From NCBI GenBank assembly GCA_038887515.1, contig JAWAKK010000002.1, forward strand, positions 192,001 through 256,000: a stretch of DNA of 64,000 bases, written 5' to 3'. Under the pieces are notes generated by a model. It saw only the letters and a program-made list of their open reading frames with translations, ran no database searches and was not told where the DNA came from. Of this stretch, positions 10,370 to 21,151 are shown piece by piece (position 1 is the first letter of the stretch; every line of letters starts with the position of its first letter). Made by a program: the position numbers and the translations under genes. The stretch comes from Candidatus Nezhaarchaeales archaeon (GTDB lineage Archaea; Thermoproteota; Methanomethylicia; Nezhaarchaeales; WYZ-LMO8).

Positions 10370-11713
10370 ATGACAGCTAGGAGAAAACGATTGGTGATGT
10401 TGTTGTCGGAAGGAGCGCTTGACGTTCCTCGACCTTTAAAGTCACTAAATGTAGAACCTTATGATAGGGTTCGAATAATTAGGGGACACGTAACGTATGA
10501 AGGGCTACTGATGCCCAAGATAGAGGTGCTAGGCGACGATTACGTAATAATAAAGATGGACAACGGCTACAACATAGGCTTTAAGCTTTCCGACGTAAAG
10601 GTCGAAGTTGTATCGAAAAGGCACAACCTTCGAGCTGAAGGTAAAGCATCTTTAGCTTTAAAAGCAGGGTTGCCAATGGTTACAGTCATAGGCACCGGAG
10701 GTACCATTGCATGCAAGGTGGAGTATAAAACTGGTGCGGTGTACCCATCGCTCTCGGCCGAGGATCTCTATGAGGCTATACCCGAACTAAGCGAAATAGC
10801 TGCGATTTCAACACGTACTATCCTAAACATCTTCAGCGAGGATATGAGACCTGAGTACTGGTCCATGATAGCTAGAGCTGTGGCTGAAGAAGTGACGAAA
10901 GATCATGTAAAGGGTATTGTGGTAGCCCACGGCACCGACACCATGGGGTACACAGCGGCTGCGCTTAGCTTTGCAATTCAACAAGCGCCTCTACCCATAG
11001 TCCTTGTAGGTGCTCAAAGATCGTCGGATAGGCCGTCAAGCGATGCGGCCTTAAACATGCTAGGCGCCACACTGATAGCAGCTTATGCACCTTTCGCCGA
11101 AGTGGTTGTGGTCATGCATGAAAGCATAAGTGATGACAGCTTAATAGCTATAAGAGGTACGAAAGCCAGGAAATGCCATACAAGCCGTAGGGATGCATTT
11201 AAGCCGGTTAATGATACACCTATTGCTAGGATAACAAGTGATAGGAAGATCATAATCCTAGCCAAGGACTTGAGACCTCGTAGCGAGGACAGGAGCAGCG
11301 TCAAGGTCTATCCAGACTTTGACGATAGGGTTGCTCTGATAAAGGTTTACCCAGGAATACCTCCAGAAGCGTTAGAGTGGCCTCTTCACGTTGGTTATAG
11401 AGGGGTCGTGATAGAAGGTACCGGGTTAGGGCATGCGCCAAGCTACGTCTTCTCGTCGATTAAGAAGCTGATAGATAACGGTGTAGTAGTTGCTATGACT
11501 TCGCAGTGTTTATGGGGGAGGGTCAACATGAACGTCTATAGGACAGGCGTCGAGCTCTTAAGGATTGGAGTAATACCTTGCGAAGACATGTTGCCGGAGA
11601 CCGCCCTTGTAAAGTTGATGTGGTGTTTGGCTAACGCTAGAGATGAGGACGAAGTCAAGGAGTTGATGTTAACTAACATAGCCGGAGAGATGAAGTCAAG
11701 AACCGAGCGCTGA
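10370..11713 (+). CDS. gatD: Glu-tRNA(Gln) amidotransferase subunit D
   Basis: KMDNGYNIG, GTGGTIA, HGTDTM, GAQRSSDRPSSD; true start may be ~10397. Confidence 0.96.
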   Translation: MTARRKRLVMLLSEGALDVPRPLKSLNVEPYDRVRIIRGHVTYEGLLMPKIEVLGDDYVIIKMDNGYNIGFKLSDVKVEVVSKRHNLRAEGKASLALKAGLPMVTVIGTGGTIACKVEYKTGAVYPSLSAEDLYEAIPELSEIAAISTRTILNIFSEDMRPEYWSMIARAVAEEVTKDHVKGIVVAHGTDTMGYTAAALSFAIQQAPLPIVLVGAQRSSDRPSSDAALNMLGATLIAAYAPFAEVVVVMHESISDDSLIAIRGTKARKCHTSRRDAFKPVNDTPIARITSDRKIIILAKDLRPRSEDRSSVKVYPDFDDRVALIKVYPGIPPEALEWPLHVGYRGVVIEGTGLGHAPSYVFSSIKKLIDNGVVVAMTSQCLWGRVNMNVYRTGVELLRIGVIPCEDMLPETALVKLMWCLANARDEDEVKELMLTNIAGEMKSRTER

Positions 11714-11730
11714 GGCGATCTACGTTGGGC

Positions 11731-13647
11731 ATGTATGAAGAACTGGGCTTGAAGGTCGGCCTCGAGTTGCATCAACAACTCAACACTAAGTCAAAGCTTT
11801 TCTGTTCTTGTCCCACCATCCTTAGGGAGGATGAACCAGACATCGTCTTTGTCAGGTACCTTCGTCCAGCTCGTAGTGAGCTCGGAACCATCGATGAAGC
11901 AGCCCTCCTAGAATTCGAGAAGGGTAAGTTGTACGTGTATCAGGCCTACTCAGACACTACTTGTCTCGTTGAAATGGATGAAGAGCCTCCTCATGCGTTG
12001 AACGACGAAGCTTTAGACATAGCCTTGCAGATAGCTCTCATGCTTAAAGCGCAGATACCCGACGTCATCCAAGTTATGAGGAAGGTTGTAATCGACGGCT
12101 CCAATACCACGGGTTTTCAGAGAACGGCTATAATAGCCATCGGTAGTCCTGAGAGTATCATAGAAGACCTCGAAGGCCCGGTCCACATACAAACGATATG
12201 CCTAGAAGAAGATGCAGCGCGCAAGATTTCTGAAAGCGAGGACAAGGTAGTCTTTAGACTTGATAGGTTAGGTATACCCCTCATAGAGGTATCGACGGCC
12301 CCCGAGATAAGGACGCCAGAACAGGCTCAAAGAGTAGCCTTGAAGATAGGCCAGCTCTTCCGGATACTTGGAAAAGTGAAGCGAGGGCTAGGGACCATTA
12401 GACAAGATGTAAACGTTTCGCTGGAAAAGGGAGGGAAAGTCGAGATCAAAGGAGTTCAAGACTTAGAGCTTATATCAAAGGTCGTTGAACTAGAAGTTCA
12501 AAGGCAACTTAAACTTCTAGAGATAAGAGATGAGCTTAGAAGACGAGGCGTAATGGAAGTAAATGGCGAGGTAATTGATGTGACTGACGTATTTCAGCAC
12601 ACTCAGAGCAAGATAATCTTGGAAGGAATTCGAAAGGGTCATAGGGTCATGGCCATAAAGCTCGAAGGCTTTTCGGGCCTACTGCGGCAAGAGCTTCAGC
12701 CTGGCAGGAGGTTTGGGACGGAGCTAAAGGACTACGCTGTCGTGTGGGGAGGCGTTAAGGGCATCTTCCATACAGATGAAATGCCGGCTTATGGGTTTAC
12801 TGATGCGGAGGTCGGAGAGCTCAAGAAGAAGCTTAATTGTGGTCCGAGCGACGCAATAGTCTTCGTTGTCGATGAAGAAGAGAAGGCTCTGAAAGCCCTT
12901 CAAGCAGTCATGAGACGATGTAGAGAAGCGTTGAAAGGAGTTCCCGACGAGACTAGGGCCGCTAACCCTGATGGAACTACGCGCTACATGAGGCCAAGAC
13001 CCGGGGCTTCTAGGATGTACCCTGAGACCGACGTTAGGCCAGTCGTAGTGACTAAGGATAGACTCGATAGACTTTCGAAGCTATTGCCGGAGATGCCCGA
13101 GCAAAAGCTCAAGAGGTTTATTGAAGAGTACGGGTTAAGTAAGGACTTGGCCCTCTTAATGATAAACTCGTACCGCTTAGACGTTTTCGAAAAGATTGTT
13201 TCGACCGTGCCTGAAGTCAGTCCAACCATAGTTGCCACGACACTCGAATATACTTGGAAGAGCTTAAAGAGGGAAGGTATCCCCTTGGATAGGGTTGACG
13301 AGCATAAACTTGTAGAGATGTTTAAAGCCGTTGGGCAGGGAGTTATAGCTAAAGAAGCGATACCGGAGATACTTAAACGCATGGCCGAAAACCCTGACTT
13401 ACCGCTTACAAAGTTGATAGAACAATTAGGCCTTAAGATTGCTTCGCTAAGTGAAATCCGTAGTCTCGTGGATCGCATAATAGAAGAGAACATTGAGCTT
13501 ATCGAGAGCAAGGGCGAAAAGTCCTTTAGCGTTATAATGGGTAGAGCTATGTCCGTCCTTAGGGGAAGAGCCGATGGAAAGCTTGTGAGCGATATAGTCA
13601 AAGAAAGGATAACTCACTTCATGAGATCGAGAGCTGGTGGAAAGTGA
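11731..13647 (+). CDS. gatE: Glu-tRNA(Gln) amidotransferase subunit E
   Basis: GLKVGLELHQQL, DGSNTTGFQRT, RLDRLGIPLIE, RMYPETD. Confidence 0.97.
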   Translation: MYEELGLKVGLELHQQLNTKSKLFCSCPTILREDEPDIVFVRYLRPARSELGTIDEAALLEFEKGKLYVYQAYSDTTCLVEMDEEPPHALNDEALDIALQIALMLKAQIPDVIQVMRKVVIDGSNTTGFQRTAIIAIGSPESIIEDLEGPVHIQTICLEEDAARKISESEDKVVFRLDRLGIPLIEVSTAPEIRTPEQAQRVALKIGQLFRILGKVKRGLGTIRQDVNVSLEKGGKVEIKGVQDLELISKVVELEVQRQLKLLEIRDELRRRGVMEVNGEVIDVTDVFQHTQSKIILEGIRKGHRVMAIKLEGFSGLLRQELQPGRRFGTELKDYAVVWGGVKGIFHTDEMPAYGFTDAEVGELKKKLNCGPSDAIVFVVDEEEKALKALQAVMRRCREALKGVPDETRAANPDGTTRYMRPRPGASRMYPETDVRPVVVTKDRLDRLSKLLPEMPEQKLKRFIEEYGLSKDLALLMINSYRLDVFEKIVSTVPEVSPTIVATTLEYTWKSLKREGIPLDRVDEHKLVEMFKAVGQGVIAKEAIPEILKRMAENPDLPLTKLIEQLGLKIASLSEIRSLVDRIIEENIELIESKGEKSFSVIMGRAMSVLRGRADGKLVSDIVKERITHFMRSRAGGK

Positions 13648-14324
13648 AGGTAGCTTGCTTGTGGAGTGGAGGCAAGGACAGTGCGTACGCATGCTACCTA
13701 GCTTCTAAAATGGGCTTTAAAGTAGAGAGGATTGTTACCTTTCACCCTCAAGACCCCGAATCAATGCTTTTCCACGTACCGAACGTTGAGTGGACGACAT
13801 TGCAGGCCAAGTCAATTAATATACCTCAAGACCTTGTGCATGTTCCGAAGGGTCTTGAACTCGAGGTTCTAAGTCAAACACTTCTACAGTTAAAGGAGGA
13901 GCATGGAGTTGAAGGCCTGGTCGCGGGCGTAATAGCTAGCAATTATCAGAGAAAAACGCTTGAAGAGGCTTGCAATAAGGCTAAGCTACAGCTCGTAACT
14001 CCATTGTGGGGGCACGATCCTTTTGAGATAGTTTACCGCACAATCCATGAAAATTTCCATTCAATAATAGTTGGGGTCTATGCTGAAGGCTTAACGCGAC
14101 AGTGGCTTGGCAAAGAGATAGATCATGATTTTTTGGATTATATAAGAAAGATCTCGCATCTTTGGAAAGTCCATCCATGCGGAGAGGGGGGTGAGTACGA
14201 AACATTTGTGGTCGATGCTCCCTTCTTCACCAAGAGGATAAGGGTAGTGGAAGGTAAGATTACTTGGCATAGGAATTGGGGGGAATTAATAATCTTAAGG
14301 GCTGAGCTCGTCGAGAAATGGTGA
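13644..14324 (+). CDS. Diphthine--ammonia ligase (Dph6-like)
   Basis: SGGKDS PP-loop, GEGGEYETFV. Confidence 0.88.
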   Translation: MKVACLWSGGKDSAYACYLASKMGFKVERIVTFHPQDPESMLFHVPNVEWTTLQAKSINIPQDLVHVPKGLELEVLSQTLLQLKEEHGVEGLVAGVIASNYQRKTLEEACNKAKLQLVTPLWGHDPFEIVYRTIHENFHSIIVGVYAEGLTRQWLGKEIDHDFLDYIRKISHLWKVHPCGEGGEYETFVVDAPFFTKRIRVVEGKITWHRNWGELIILRAELVEKW

Positions 14325-14330
14325 GAACCA

Positions 14331-15203
14331 ATGGCAGTCGTAGCTTCACTCATGAAGGCACTAAAACCACATGATTATAGGATCCTACAGACGATGGAGA
14401 GACTCCATCTTAGGTACGAATACATTCCCGTCGACATTTTAGCAAGACAATTAAGGAGACCAATAGACTCCCTTTTAGAGGACCTTAGCAGGCTTCACGG
14501 GCTTGGCTTCCTGGGTCGAAGAAAGCAAGATTATTTAGGGTACTCATTAAGGCAGTATGGACGCGATGCGCTAGCTCTTAAGTATTTTGTGGACAGAGGG
14601 GTCCTCGATGCTGTAGGCATAAAGCTCGGCGTTGGTAAGGAAGCTGACGTTTACGATGGTTTATCGCCCTCTGGGTATAGGGTGGCCATAAAGTTTCATA
14701 GGGTTGGGAGATCGAGCTTCAAGCAAACCAAGAGACTTAGGGCTTACGGTGACTCCTCTTCGTGGTATAGGCAGTCTTGTACTGCTGCGAAGAGAGAGTA
14801 CGAGGCCCTCGAAACGCTTTATTCTCTAAATGTTAAGGTACCTAAGCCAATAGCTTACAATAGGCACGCAATCGTGATGGATATAATAATTGGAGACCCA
14901 CTATACGTAGTCACTGACTTACCAGATCCTCAGCAAGTATTCTCGGAGATAATTGAAAATGTAAAGAAGGCCTACCAAGAAGCGTCAATAATACACGCCG
15001 ACTTAAGCGAATTTAACGTAGTTGTGAAGCCAGACTTCGACGTCCTCTTAATAGATTGGCCGCAGTGGATCCCTAGGAATCACCCTAGGGGTTTCGAGTA
15101 CTTAAAGCGCGATGTGACCAACCTGTCGCGCTTCTTTAGTAGGAGGTTCGGCCTAAGTATAGACGTCGATGAAGTGCTAAAGGATATTAGGGGACTCTCT
15201 TAA
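14331..15203 (+). CDS. rio2: RIO2-type serine/threonine kinase
   Basis: N-terminal wHTH, GVGKEADVY, HADLSEFN, IDWPQ. Confidence 0.92.
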   Translation: MAVVASLMKALKPHDYRILQTMERLHLRYEYIPVDILARQLRRPIDSLLEDLSRLHGLGFLGRRKQDYLGYSLRQYGRDALALKYFVDRGVLDAVGIKLGVGKEADVYDGLSPSGYRVAIKFHRVGRSSFKQTKRLRAYGDSSSWYRQSCTAAKREYEALETLYSLNVKVPKPIAYNRHAIVMDIIIGDPLYVVTDLPDPQQVFSEIIENVKKAYQEASIIHADLSEFNVVVKPDFDVLLIDWPQWIPRNHPRGFEYLKRDVTNLSRFFSRRFGLSIDVDEVLKDIRGLS

Positions 15204-15263
15204 TTTTATCCTGCTGTAGCTGGGCACTAAGCATTAACCACTTATTATGAGGTAGAGCCCTTC

Positions 15264-17342
15264 TTGGCCCTTAAAGGGACGCAAGACAGGCAACGCACGA
15301 TAATGGGCTTAGACCTAGTTCCATCGCCGCATCACATGCAAGAATATGCTCTGGTCGTAATAAACGAGAGAGGCGCAGTAATAGATCGTAGGGAGAACGT
15401 AGACTGGGACTCTATCTACCGCCTCCTCAGGAAGTATCGAGTAGATACTTTGGCTATAGATAACGTTTACGAAATAGGCGAGACCATAAACGACGTCAAA
15501 AAGCGTCTAGGTAAGGTTATAGATAAGGTAAGGCTTGTAGAAGTAACCAAGGTCGGTGAACAGCACGTAAAGCTGACGGAACTAGCATTTAAAGAAGGGC
15601 TACTTAGCGAGAAGGTATCCCACCTGTCACCTCTACAGGCAGCTGAAGTATCGGCCCTCCTGGCTTTAAGAGGCGTAGGGACGACAATTATTGAGCCTTC
15701 AAACCTCAGAACTGTTGTGCTCATCTCCAGAGGGAGAAGTCCGGGCTCTGGAGGTATGAGCCAAGGTAGGTATGGTCGATCACAACGTTCGGCTATTAGG
15801 CAAGTGACCAACCTAATCCTCGACGAATTGAGGAAGCGCGTTGACGTCAATGATATAGATTGTTACGTTCAAAAGTCCAAATACGGCCTCGAAAGGAGCG
15901 TTTTCGTTGTTAGCTTGCCTCCATCGAAGGTTAAAAGGCTGTTAAAGCCTTTTAGGGAACTAATAAAGAAAAGCGGCGTCAACTTAAGGATAGTAACGAA
16001 GATCTCAACTTTCGACGAAAGATGTATAGAGGATAAACACTACGAAGAGAGACCCCTAATTGTTGGGCTGGATCCTGGAATAGTTGCAGGGATAGCAGTA
16101 ATGGATCTAAACGGCAACCTATTATTCGTAGATAGCGGCTTGGCGCTCGATAGGATGTCTATAGTAAGGATGGCAACAAGGTTTGGAAACCCCGTCGTCG
16201 TTGCCTCAGATGTGAGGTGCGCACCAATGATCGTAGAGAAGGTTGCCTCGATACTAGGTTGCCTCGTCTTTACACCGCCAAGAGACCTTAGCGTCGAGGA
16301 AAAGAGGCGCATGATACAGGAGCACATAGCCAACTTCAAAGAAATCATCAAGAACTCACATCAAAGAGATGCTGTAGCAGCAGCTTTAAAAGCGTACTTT
16401 AACTTCAAGAACAAGTTTATGCAACTTGAAGCTAAGGCGAGAGAGCTAAACCTATCTCGCCTTCAAATAGAGAGGGCGAAGGCCCTCGTCATAAGGGGTT
16501 TGACGATAAAGGAAGTCATAGAAAAGGCCTCGTCGGACCATAAGATTGAGAAGAGCCACCCTGCCTTTCACGTAGACCCTGAAGTTCAGAAACTAAAGCA
16601 AGAACTTTCAAGGCTTAGAGATAAAGTCGAAGAACAGAATAGAGTGATAAGAGAGCTTGAAGAATCTCGTCTAAGGCTACTTCAACAGTTAAAGGAGAAG
16701 GAGACGAAGATAGCAGAGCTTGAAGAATCGCTTATGAAAGCTTCGGTCAAGGCGCAACCGACGTCACAAGAAGATAGTGCTCTAATGAGGAGGCTCGAAA
16801 TGTCCATGAAGACTATAAGCGAGCTGAAAACTAAAGTGGAGAGCTTAGAGTTGTCTATTGAAAGGCTAAAGAACTTTTTAATGGAAGCTGTAAGAGGGGA
16901 CGTCCTGATAATTAAAGAGGTCCGCTCTCTAACTAAGAGGTCTATAGAGGAAGCCGTGAGATACGGGGCGTTGGGTAAGGAGGAGGTGATACTGGTAAAC
17001 GATCCGAGCTCTTCGAACGCTGAAGGCCTTCTCCATCTATTGAAGGTTAAGCCGAAGGCAATAATAACGTCTGTAGAAAAGGTGCCTGAGGAAGTTCGCC
17101 TTCTATTGAAGGAGAACTGTATCCCTTTAGTAGATGTAGAGGAAGTTAAAGTAGAAAGGATATTAGACTTCCTCTACGTACCTTCATCGGTCAAAGAATT
17201 GATAGAGAGTAAGAAGAAAGTCTTAATGATAGAAAGGGATAAGAACTTGAGAGAGAAACTTAAGGAGATATTGCAGAAGTACCGAGAAGAGAGAGTTAGA
17301 GAGCTTGAGGGAAGAACCGCTGGGTCAACGTCAAAGATCTAA
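15264..17342 (+). CDS. DUF460 domain protein (RNase H-like domains, coiled coil)
   Basis: IMGLD, GGMSQGRY, IVGLDPG, HQRDAVAAA, long coiled coil. Confidence 0.85.
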   Translation: MALKGTQDRQRTIMGLDLVPSPHHMQEYALVVINERGAVIDRRENVDWDSIYRLLRKYRVDTLAIDNVYEIGETINDVKKRLGKVIDKVRLVEVTKVGEQHVKLTELAFKEGLLSEKVSHLSPLQAAEVSALLALRGVGTTIIEPSNLRTVVLISRGRSPGSGGMSQGRYGRSQRSAIRQVTNLILDELRKRVDVNDIDCYVQKSKYGLERSVFVVSLPPSKVKRLLKPFRELIKKSGVNLRIVTKISTFDERCIEDKHYEERPLIVGLDPGIVAGIAVMDLNGNLLFVDSGLALDRMSIVRMATRFGNPVVVASDVRCAPMIVEKVASILGCLVFTPPRDLSVEEKRRMIQEHIANFKEIIKNSHQRDAVAAALKAYFNFKNKFMQLEAKARELNLSRLQIERAKALVIRGLTIKEVIEKASSDHKIEKSHPAFHVDPEVQKLKQELSRLRDKVEEQNRVIRELEESRLRLLQQLKEKETKIAELEESLMKASVKAQPTSQEDSALMRRLEMSMKTISELKTKVESLELSIERLKNFLMEAVRGDVLIIKEVRSLTKRSIEEAVRYGALGKEEVILVNDPSSSNAEGLLHLLKVKPKAIITSVEKVPEEVRLLLKENCIPLVDVEEVKVERILDFLYVPSSVKELIESKKKVLMIERDKNLREKLKEILQKYREERVRELEGRTAGSTSKI

Positions 17343-18554
17343 TGGCGCTTTTAATAGCCAGTCCCGTACATTAACTATGTTATTAAGCTCTGCTTCAACT
17401 ATACTCTCGACTTCGTACTTTATGGACTCTACTCGCAGTCCCTCCTGGGGTATGACCTTAACGTTTACTATTAGAGGCTTATCGATCGGATACCCTATAC
17501 GGCTCAACATGTAGACGTAGACTTCCTTGATTCTCTGCGTCTCTTCGTAAATCCTCTTCGCTATATTAGTAGAAACTACGTTGTATATCTTGCCGACGTG
17601 GCTGACGGGGTTCTTGCCTGCAACTGCTTCTAGGGACATGTACCTGTTCGGGGTTATGAGACCATTAGCCCTATTCCCCCTACCAGTATTACCGTCATCT
17701 CCGGCTTCTGCTGACGTCCCTGTAACGGTCAGGTACACTAGCCCCACTTCAGGTTTATCTGCGGTGTTCACTTTCACATCCACTTCAACGTCGTACTTAG
17801 ACGCTATCTTCAATACATCCTCCCTAACCTCTTCTTTGATATTCAAGTACTCGTCGAGTGAGTTTATGTAGGAACTTACCATTGCGCAGGCTATAGTTAA
17901 GTAGACTTTTTTACCTCTTCTCAACGCTAGGACCTTTATGTCTTCTCCTACGGCAGGGTTCTTCCTTTTATACTCTTGAGAGTTCAACGTTCTCTCAACT
18001 TCTAATACGAGCCTTTCAGTTTCGCTAAACGGGGCATATCCAACTCCGAAGGAGGTATCGTTTGCTAGGGGCACTTCTTTGCCCAACTCGAAGACCTTAA
18101 CGAGATCGACGGATCCTTGCTTAATCTTGTAATCAAAGATCACGTGGTTATCTGGATCTAAGTGCCTAAACGTTTGCTTAATACAGTCTCTCATGGCTTT
18201 TAGCGCTAGCGAACCTATTGGTACCATGTCCATGGAGCTCTCCCTCATTACGTGGGTCACTGCGCGACCAGCAACTATGACGTATATAGGTTCGCAGAGC
18301 ATTCCACCACCAAATTTTGGAACGGCCCTGCCACCTACGATCAAAGCTTTGTCGACATTGTGATGCAGTATCGTACCATAATTTTCCAAGTAGTATTTGC
18401 ATAGCTCTCGACAGACAGCTTCGGAAATGTTATCTGCTAAGGTGTCTGGGTGCCCTTTACCCTTTCTCTCCACCATTTCTACTTCTTGTTCGTATACAGC
18501 CTTTTGGGCAAGCTCTTCTATGGATATGAAACTCTTACAATACAAGACTACCAC
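17331..18554 (-). CDS. mat: Archaeal S-adenosylmethionine synthetase
   Basis: [42 protein letters not shown]. Confidence 0.96.
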   Translation of the reverse strand: MVVLYCKSFISIEELAQKAVYEQEVEMVERKGKGHPDTLADNISEAVCRELCKYYLENYGTILHHNVDKALIVGGRAVPKFGGGMLCEPIYVIVAGRAVTHVMRESSMDMVPIGSLALKAMRDCIKQTFRHLDPDNHVIFDYKIKQGSVDLVKVFELGKEVPLANDTSFGVGYAPFSETERLVLEVERTLNSQEYKRKNPAVGEDIKVLALRRGKKVYLTIACAMVSSYINSLDEYLNIKEEVREDVLKIASKYDVEVDVKVNTADKPEVGLVYLTVTGTSAEAGDDGNTGRGNRANGLITPNRYMSLEAVAGKNPVSHVGKIYNVVSTNIAKRIYEETQRIKEVYVYMLSRIGYPIDKPLIVNVKVIPQEGLRVESIKYEVESIVEAELNNIVNVRDWLLKAPLDL

Positions 18555-18587
18555 TCGTCCTTTGCTTTAATATCAAACATGCTGCGC

Positions 18588-18818
18588 TTACTCTTTTAGC
18601 TTTACGAATAAGATATTGCTTCCTCTAATTAGCACTTTGCCGTATTTAGCGATGGGCCCCTTCTCTTCGTTTATTTCTTCGGCATCGTTTAGCAGAAGGT
18701 TCATACACTGATCGCACTTCTCAAGAATGCCACGGCAGCTTCTTCCGTCTTTAAGTCTCACTACGATCTCTTCGTTAATTGCCTTCATTAATAACTTCAA
18801 GGGATCGCTTTTAACCAT
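18588..18818 (-). CDS. Sm-like (LSm/SmAP) protein
   Basis: VRLKDG...G.L...D..MNLLL.DAEE...GKVLIRGSNI. Confidence 0.9.
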   Translation of the reverse strand: MVKSDPLKLLMKAINEEIVVRLKDGRSCRGILEKCDQCMNLLLNDAEEINEEKGPIAKYGKVLIRGSNILFVKLKE

Positions 18819-18909
18819 GCCGTCTCACTTCTCCATCATACACTTTACCCGTTTGTGACGTTTACTAAAAAATTTTATTGCTGATAACTCATTATGAGAA
18901 AGATTTTAG

Positions 18910-20271
18910 TTGCAAAATTCTTCTTCTATCGCAGGTGTAACTTGTTTGGTTACAACGGTTGAAGCGGCTAGGAGAGGAGTTATAGTAGAAGAGTTTAAAG
19001 CTGTTGCATTGAAGGAAGACATCGACGTATCTATAGTTGTGAGGGGAGTAGCTAACGGTAGAATCGTGATACCGAGGAACGTAGCTAGGGAAAACGTTGA
19101 TCCGATAGGTATAGGTGAAGGCCTTAGGGCCAAGGTAAACGCTAACATAGGCTCCTCCGTAGATCTATCGAACATAGACATGGAAGTCGAGAAGGCACTG
19201 CTGGCGGTCAGGTATGGGGCGGATACCGTAATGGATCTCTCGACTTCAGATCAAATGGATGAAATACGCAGAGCTATCATAAAAAGCGTTACGGTTCCCG
19301 TAGGCTCGGTCCCGATATATGAAGCTGCACATAGTGCCCTAAAGAAGTATGGCTCCATAGTACACATGACTGTCGACGACGTATTGAAGGCTATAGAGTT
19401 ACACGCAAAGGACGGTGTAGACTTCATGACTATTCACGCGGGCGTTACTAGGGAATCTGTTGAACTATTAAGGAAGCATACGCGAATAGCCGGAATAGTA
19501 AGTAGGGGAGGGGCTATCATAGCTGCCTGGATACTGCACAATGAACGTGAAAACCCTCTACTTGAGTACTACGACTCTGTGCTAGACATGGCTCGAGAGT
19601 ACGACTTCGCAATAAGCCTAGGCGACGGTCTCAGGCCTGGCTGTCAAGCTGATGCTAACGACGTAGCGCAGATGAGCGAGCTACTTACGGTAAGCAAATT
19701 AGTGAAGGAGACGAGGGCGAGAGGCGTACAAGTCATAGTTGAAGGGCCGGGTCACATGCCTTTAAACCAAATAGAGCACCACGTCAAACAAGCAAAAATA
19801 CTAACGAACCACGCACCTCTGTATACTCTAGGCCCCATAGTGACTGACGTGGCTCCGGGCTACGACCACATAACATTAGCTATAGGGGGAGCCTTGGCAG
19901 TAGCTGCAGGAGTAGACTACCTATGTGCAGTCTACCCCTCTGAACACCTCGGAATTCCGTTGCCGGAAGACATAAAACATGGAGTTATAGCGGCCAGAAT
20001 AGCTGCACATGCAGGAGACATAGTTAGGCTAGGAGAGAAAGCCCTTAAGTGGGACCTTGAGATCTCGAAGGCGAGAGCAAGTCTCGATTGGGAAGCTCAG
20101 TTTAAGTTGTCGCTAGACCCCGAGACGGCTATGAAGATTCATAGAAGGGTGCCTTCTAAAAGCCAAGCTTGCTCTGTTTGTGGCGAATACTGTGTGTACC
20201 TCATCCTTTCTAAATTTCTAGGTCGAGAGGCGAAGCAAGTAAGCGATAAGAAACCATGTTGCTATGAGTGA
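18910..20271 (+). CDS. thiC: Phosphomethylpyrimidine synthase ThiC family (radical SAM)
   Basis: KVNANIG, GADTVMDLS, SRGG, SLGDGLRPG, EGPGH, C-terminal CSVCGEYC. Confidence 0.9.
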   Translation: MQNSSSIAGVTCLVTTVEAARRGVIVEEFKAVALKEDIDVSIVVRGVANGRIVIPRNVARENVDPIGIGEGLRAKVNANIGSSVDLSNIDMEVEKALLAVRYGADTVMDLSTSDQMDEIRRAIIKSVTVPVGSVPIYEAAHSALKKYGSIVHMTVDDVLKAIELHAKDGVDFMTIHAGVTRESVELLRKHTRIAGIVSRGGAIIAAWILHNERENPLLEYYDSVLDMAREYDFAISLGDGLRPGCQADANDVAQMSELLTVSKLVKETRARGVQVIVEGPGHMPLNQIEHHVKQAKILTNHAPLYTLGPIVTDVAPGYDHITLAIGGALAVAAGVDYLCAVYPSEHLGIPLPEDIKHGVIAARIAAHAGDIVRLGEKALKWDLEISKARASLDWEAQFKLSLDPETAMKIHRRVPSKSQACSVCGEYCVYLILSKFLGREAKQVSDKKPCCYE

Positions 20272-20273
20272 CG

Positions 20274-20810
20274 TTAGCGGTTTACCATCATTTCTGCGTA
20301 GCTCTTAAGTATTATCTCCTTCTCGGAAATTCCTAGAACCGAGAGGATCTTCGAGATTTCATTACGCGCTCTCTCGACCTCGCTTTCATCTGTTAATATC
20401 TCAATTTCAACGAATGAACCTAGACCTTCTACGTCATCTACATTAATTGTATAGTGGTCGAAGCAAAAGCTTAACCTCCTCTTTCTAATCACTAAGCTCT
20501 CTTTAAATCCTAGGAGGTTCAGGAGCTGTACGAGATTACCAGTGTCTTTCTCTTTAACTTCTACTTCGATCTCTAAGTTCTCCTTGAAGCCGTCGCCAGC
20601 CCTCTTAGTCTTGAAGATAAGCTTAGTTCTACCATTGCTCTTCCGGAGTTTAAGGGTCTTATTGTTTCCGAATGAAGGATCGTTAATGCTAATGAAGAAC
20701 AGGTCCTCTTCCTCATAAGCCTTTTCCATTGAGTTAATCCTTCTAAGCTTCTCCAATATAAGTTGCTTCTCACGCTCGCTGACAGGTACCTTAGCTTCAA
20801 CCTCAATCAA
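20274..20810 (-). CDS. CYTH/class IV adenylate cyclase family
   Basis: IEVEAK...LKLR...EIE...KRR...DDVEGLGSFVEIE...SYAEM. Confidence 0.88.
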   Translation of the reverse strand: MIEVEAKVPVSEREKQLILEKLRRINSMEKAYEEEDLFFISINDPSFGNNKTLKLRKSNGRTKLIFKTKRAGDGFKENLEIEVEVKEKDTGNLVQLLNLLGFKESLVIRKRRLSFCFDHYTINVDDVEGLGSFVEIEILTDESEVERARNEISKILSVLGISEKEIILKSYAEMMVNR

Positions 20811-21067
20811 TCTAAGTTCTCCTCTACTTGATGTAGTAAAGACCATAGGGCCCCTATTTCCCTTCTACTTCTCAACACCTTAGAGAGCCTTTTGGCTTCA
20901 TCCGTTCTTCCCGACCTTTTGAGCATCTTTATTATCCTAACCAAAGCCTTAACGCCATCAGAGTTAAGTTCACCTCGGCTACTTAGGGCGTCAAGCTTGC
21001 TTAGGACATCCCTTACCGACCTCTTGACTTCAACAATGTACTTAGCGTTCTCCTTCATGTCAACCAT
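20807..21067 (-). CDS. Hypothetical helical protein
   Basis: 86-aa ORF whose stop overlaps the start of the CYTH gene. Confidence 0.6.
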   Translation of the reverse strand: MVDMKENAKYIVEVKRSVRDVLSKLDALSSRGELNSDGVKALVRIIKMLKRSGRTDEAKRLSKVLRSRREIGALWSLLHQVEENLD

Positions 21068-21151
21068 AAAGTTCTTCCCTTACTTGTTAGTTAAAGCTAT
21101 TTACTTCCATATAAACAATATAGACAGTTGAGAGCGTAGCGGTGGATCTAG

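Noticed and set aside
12984-13601. Long antisense ORFs (205 aa here; 175 aa at 58842-59369)
   Set aside because: Ser/Leu-rich shadows of gatE and rqcH.
19119-19131. AGGCCTTAGGGCC in thiC, nearly identical to the pyrG intron 1 core
   Set aside because: It encodes the conserved GIGEGLRAKVNANIG motif in frame and has no 4-bp exon:intron helix, so it is coincidental.
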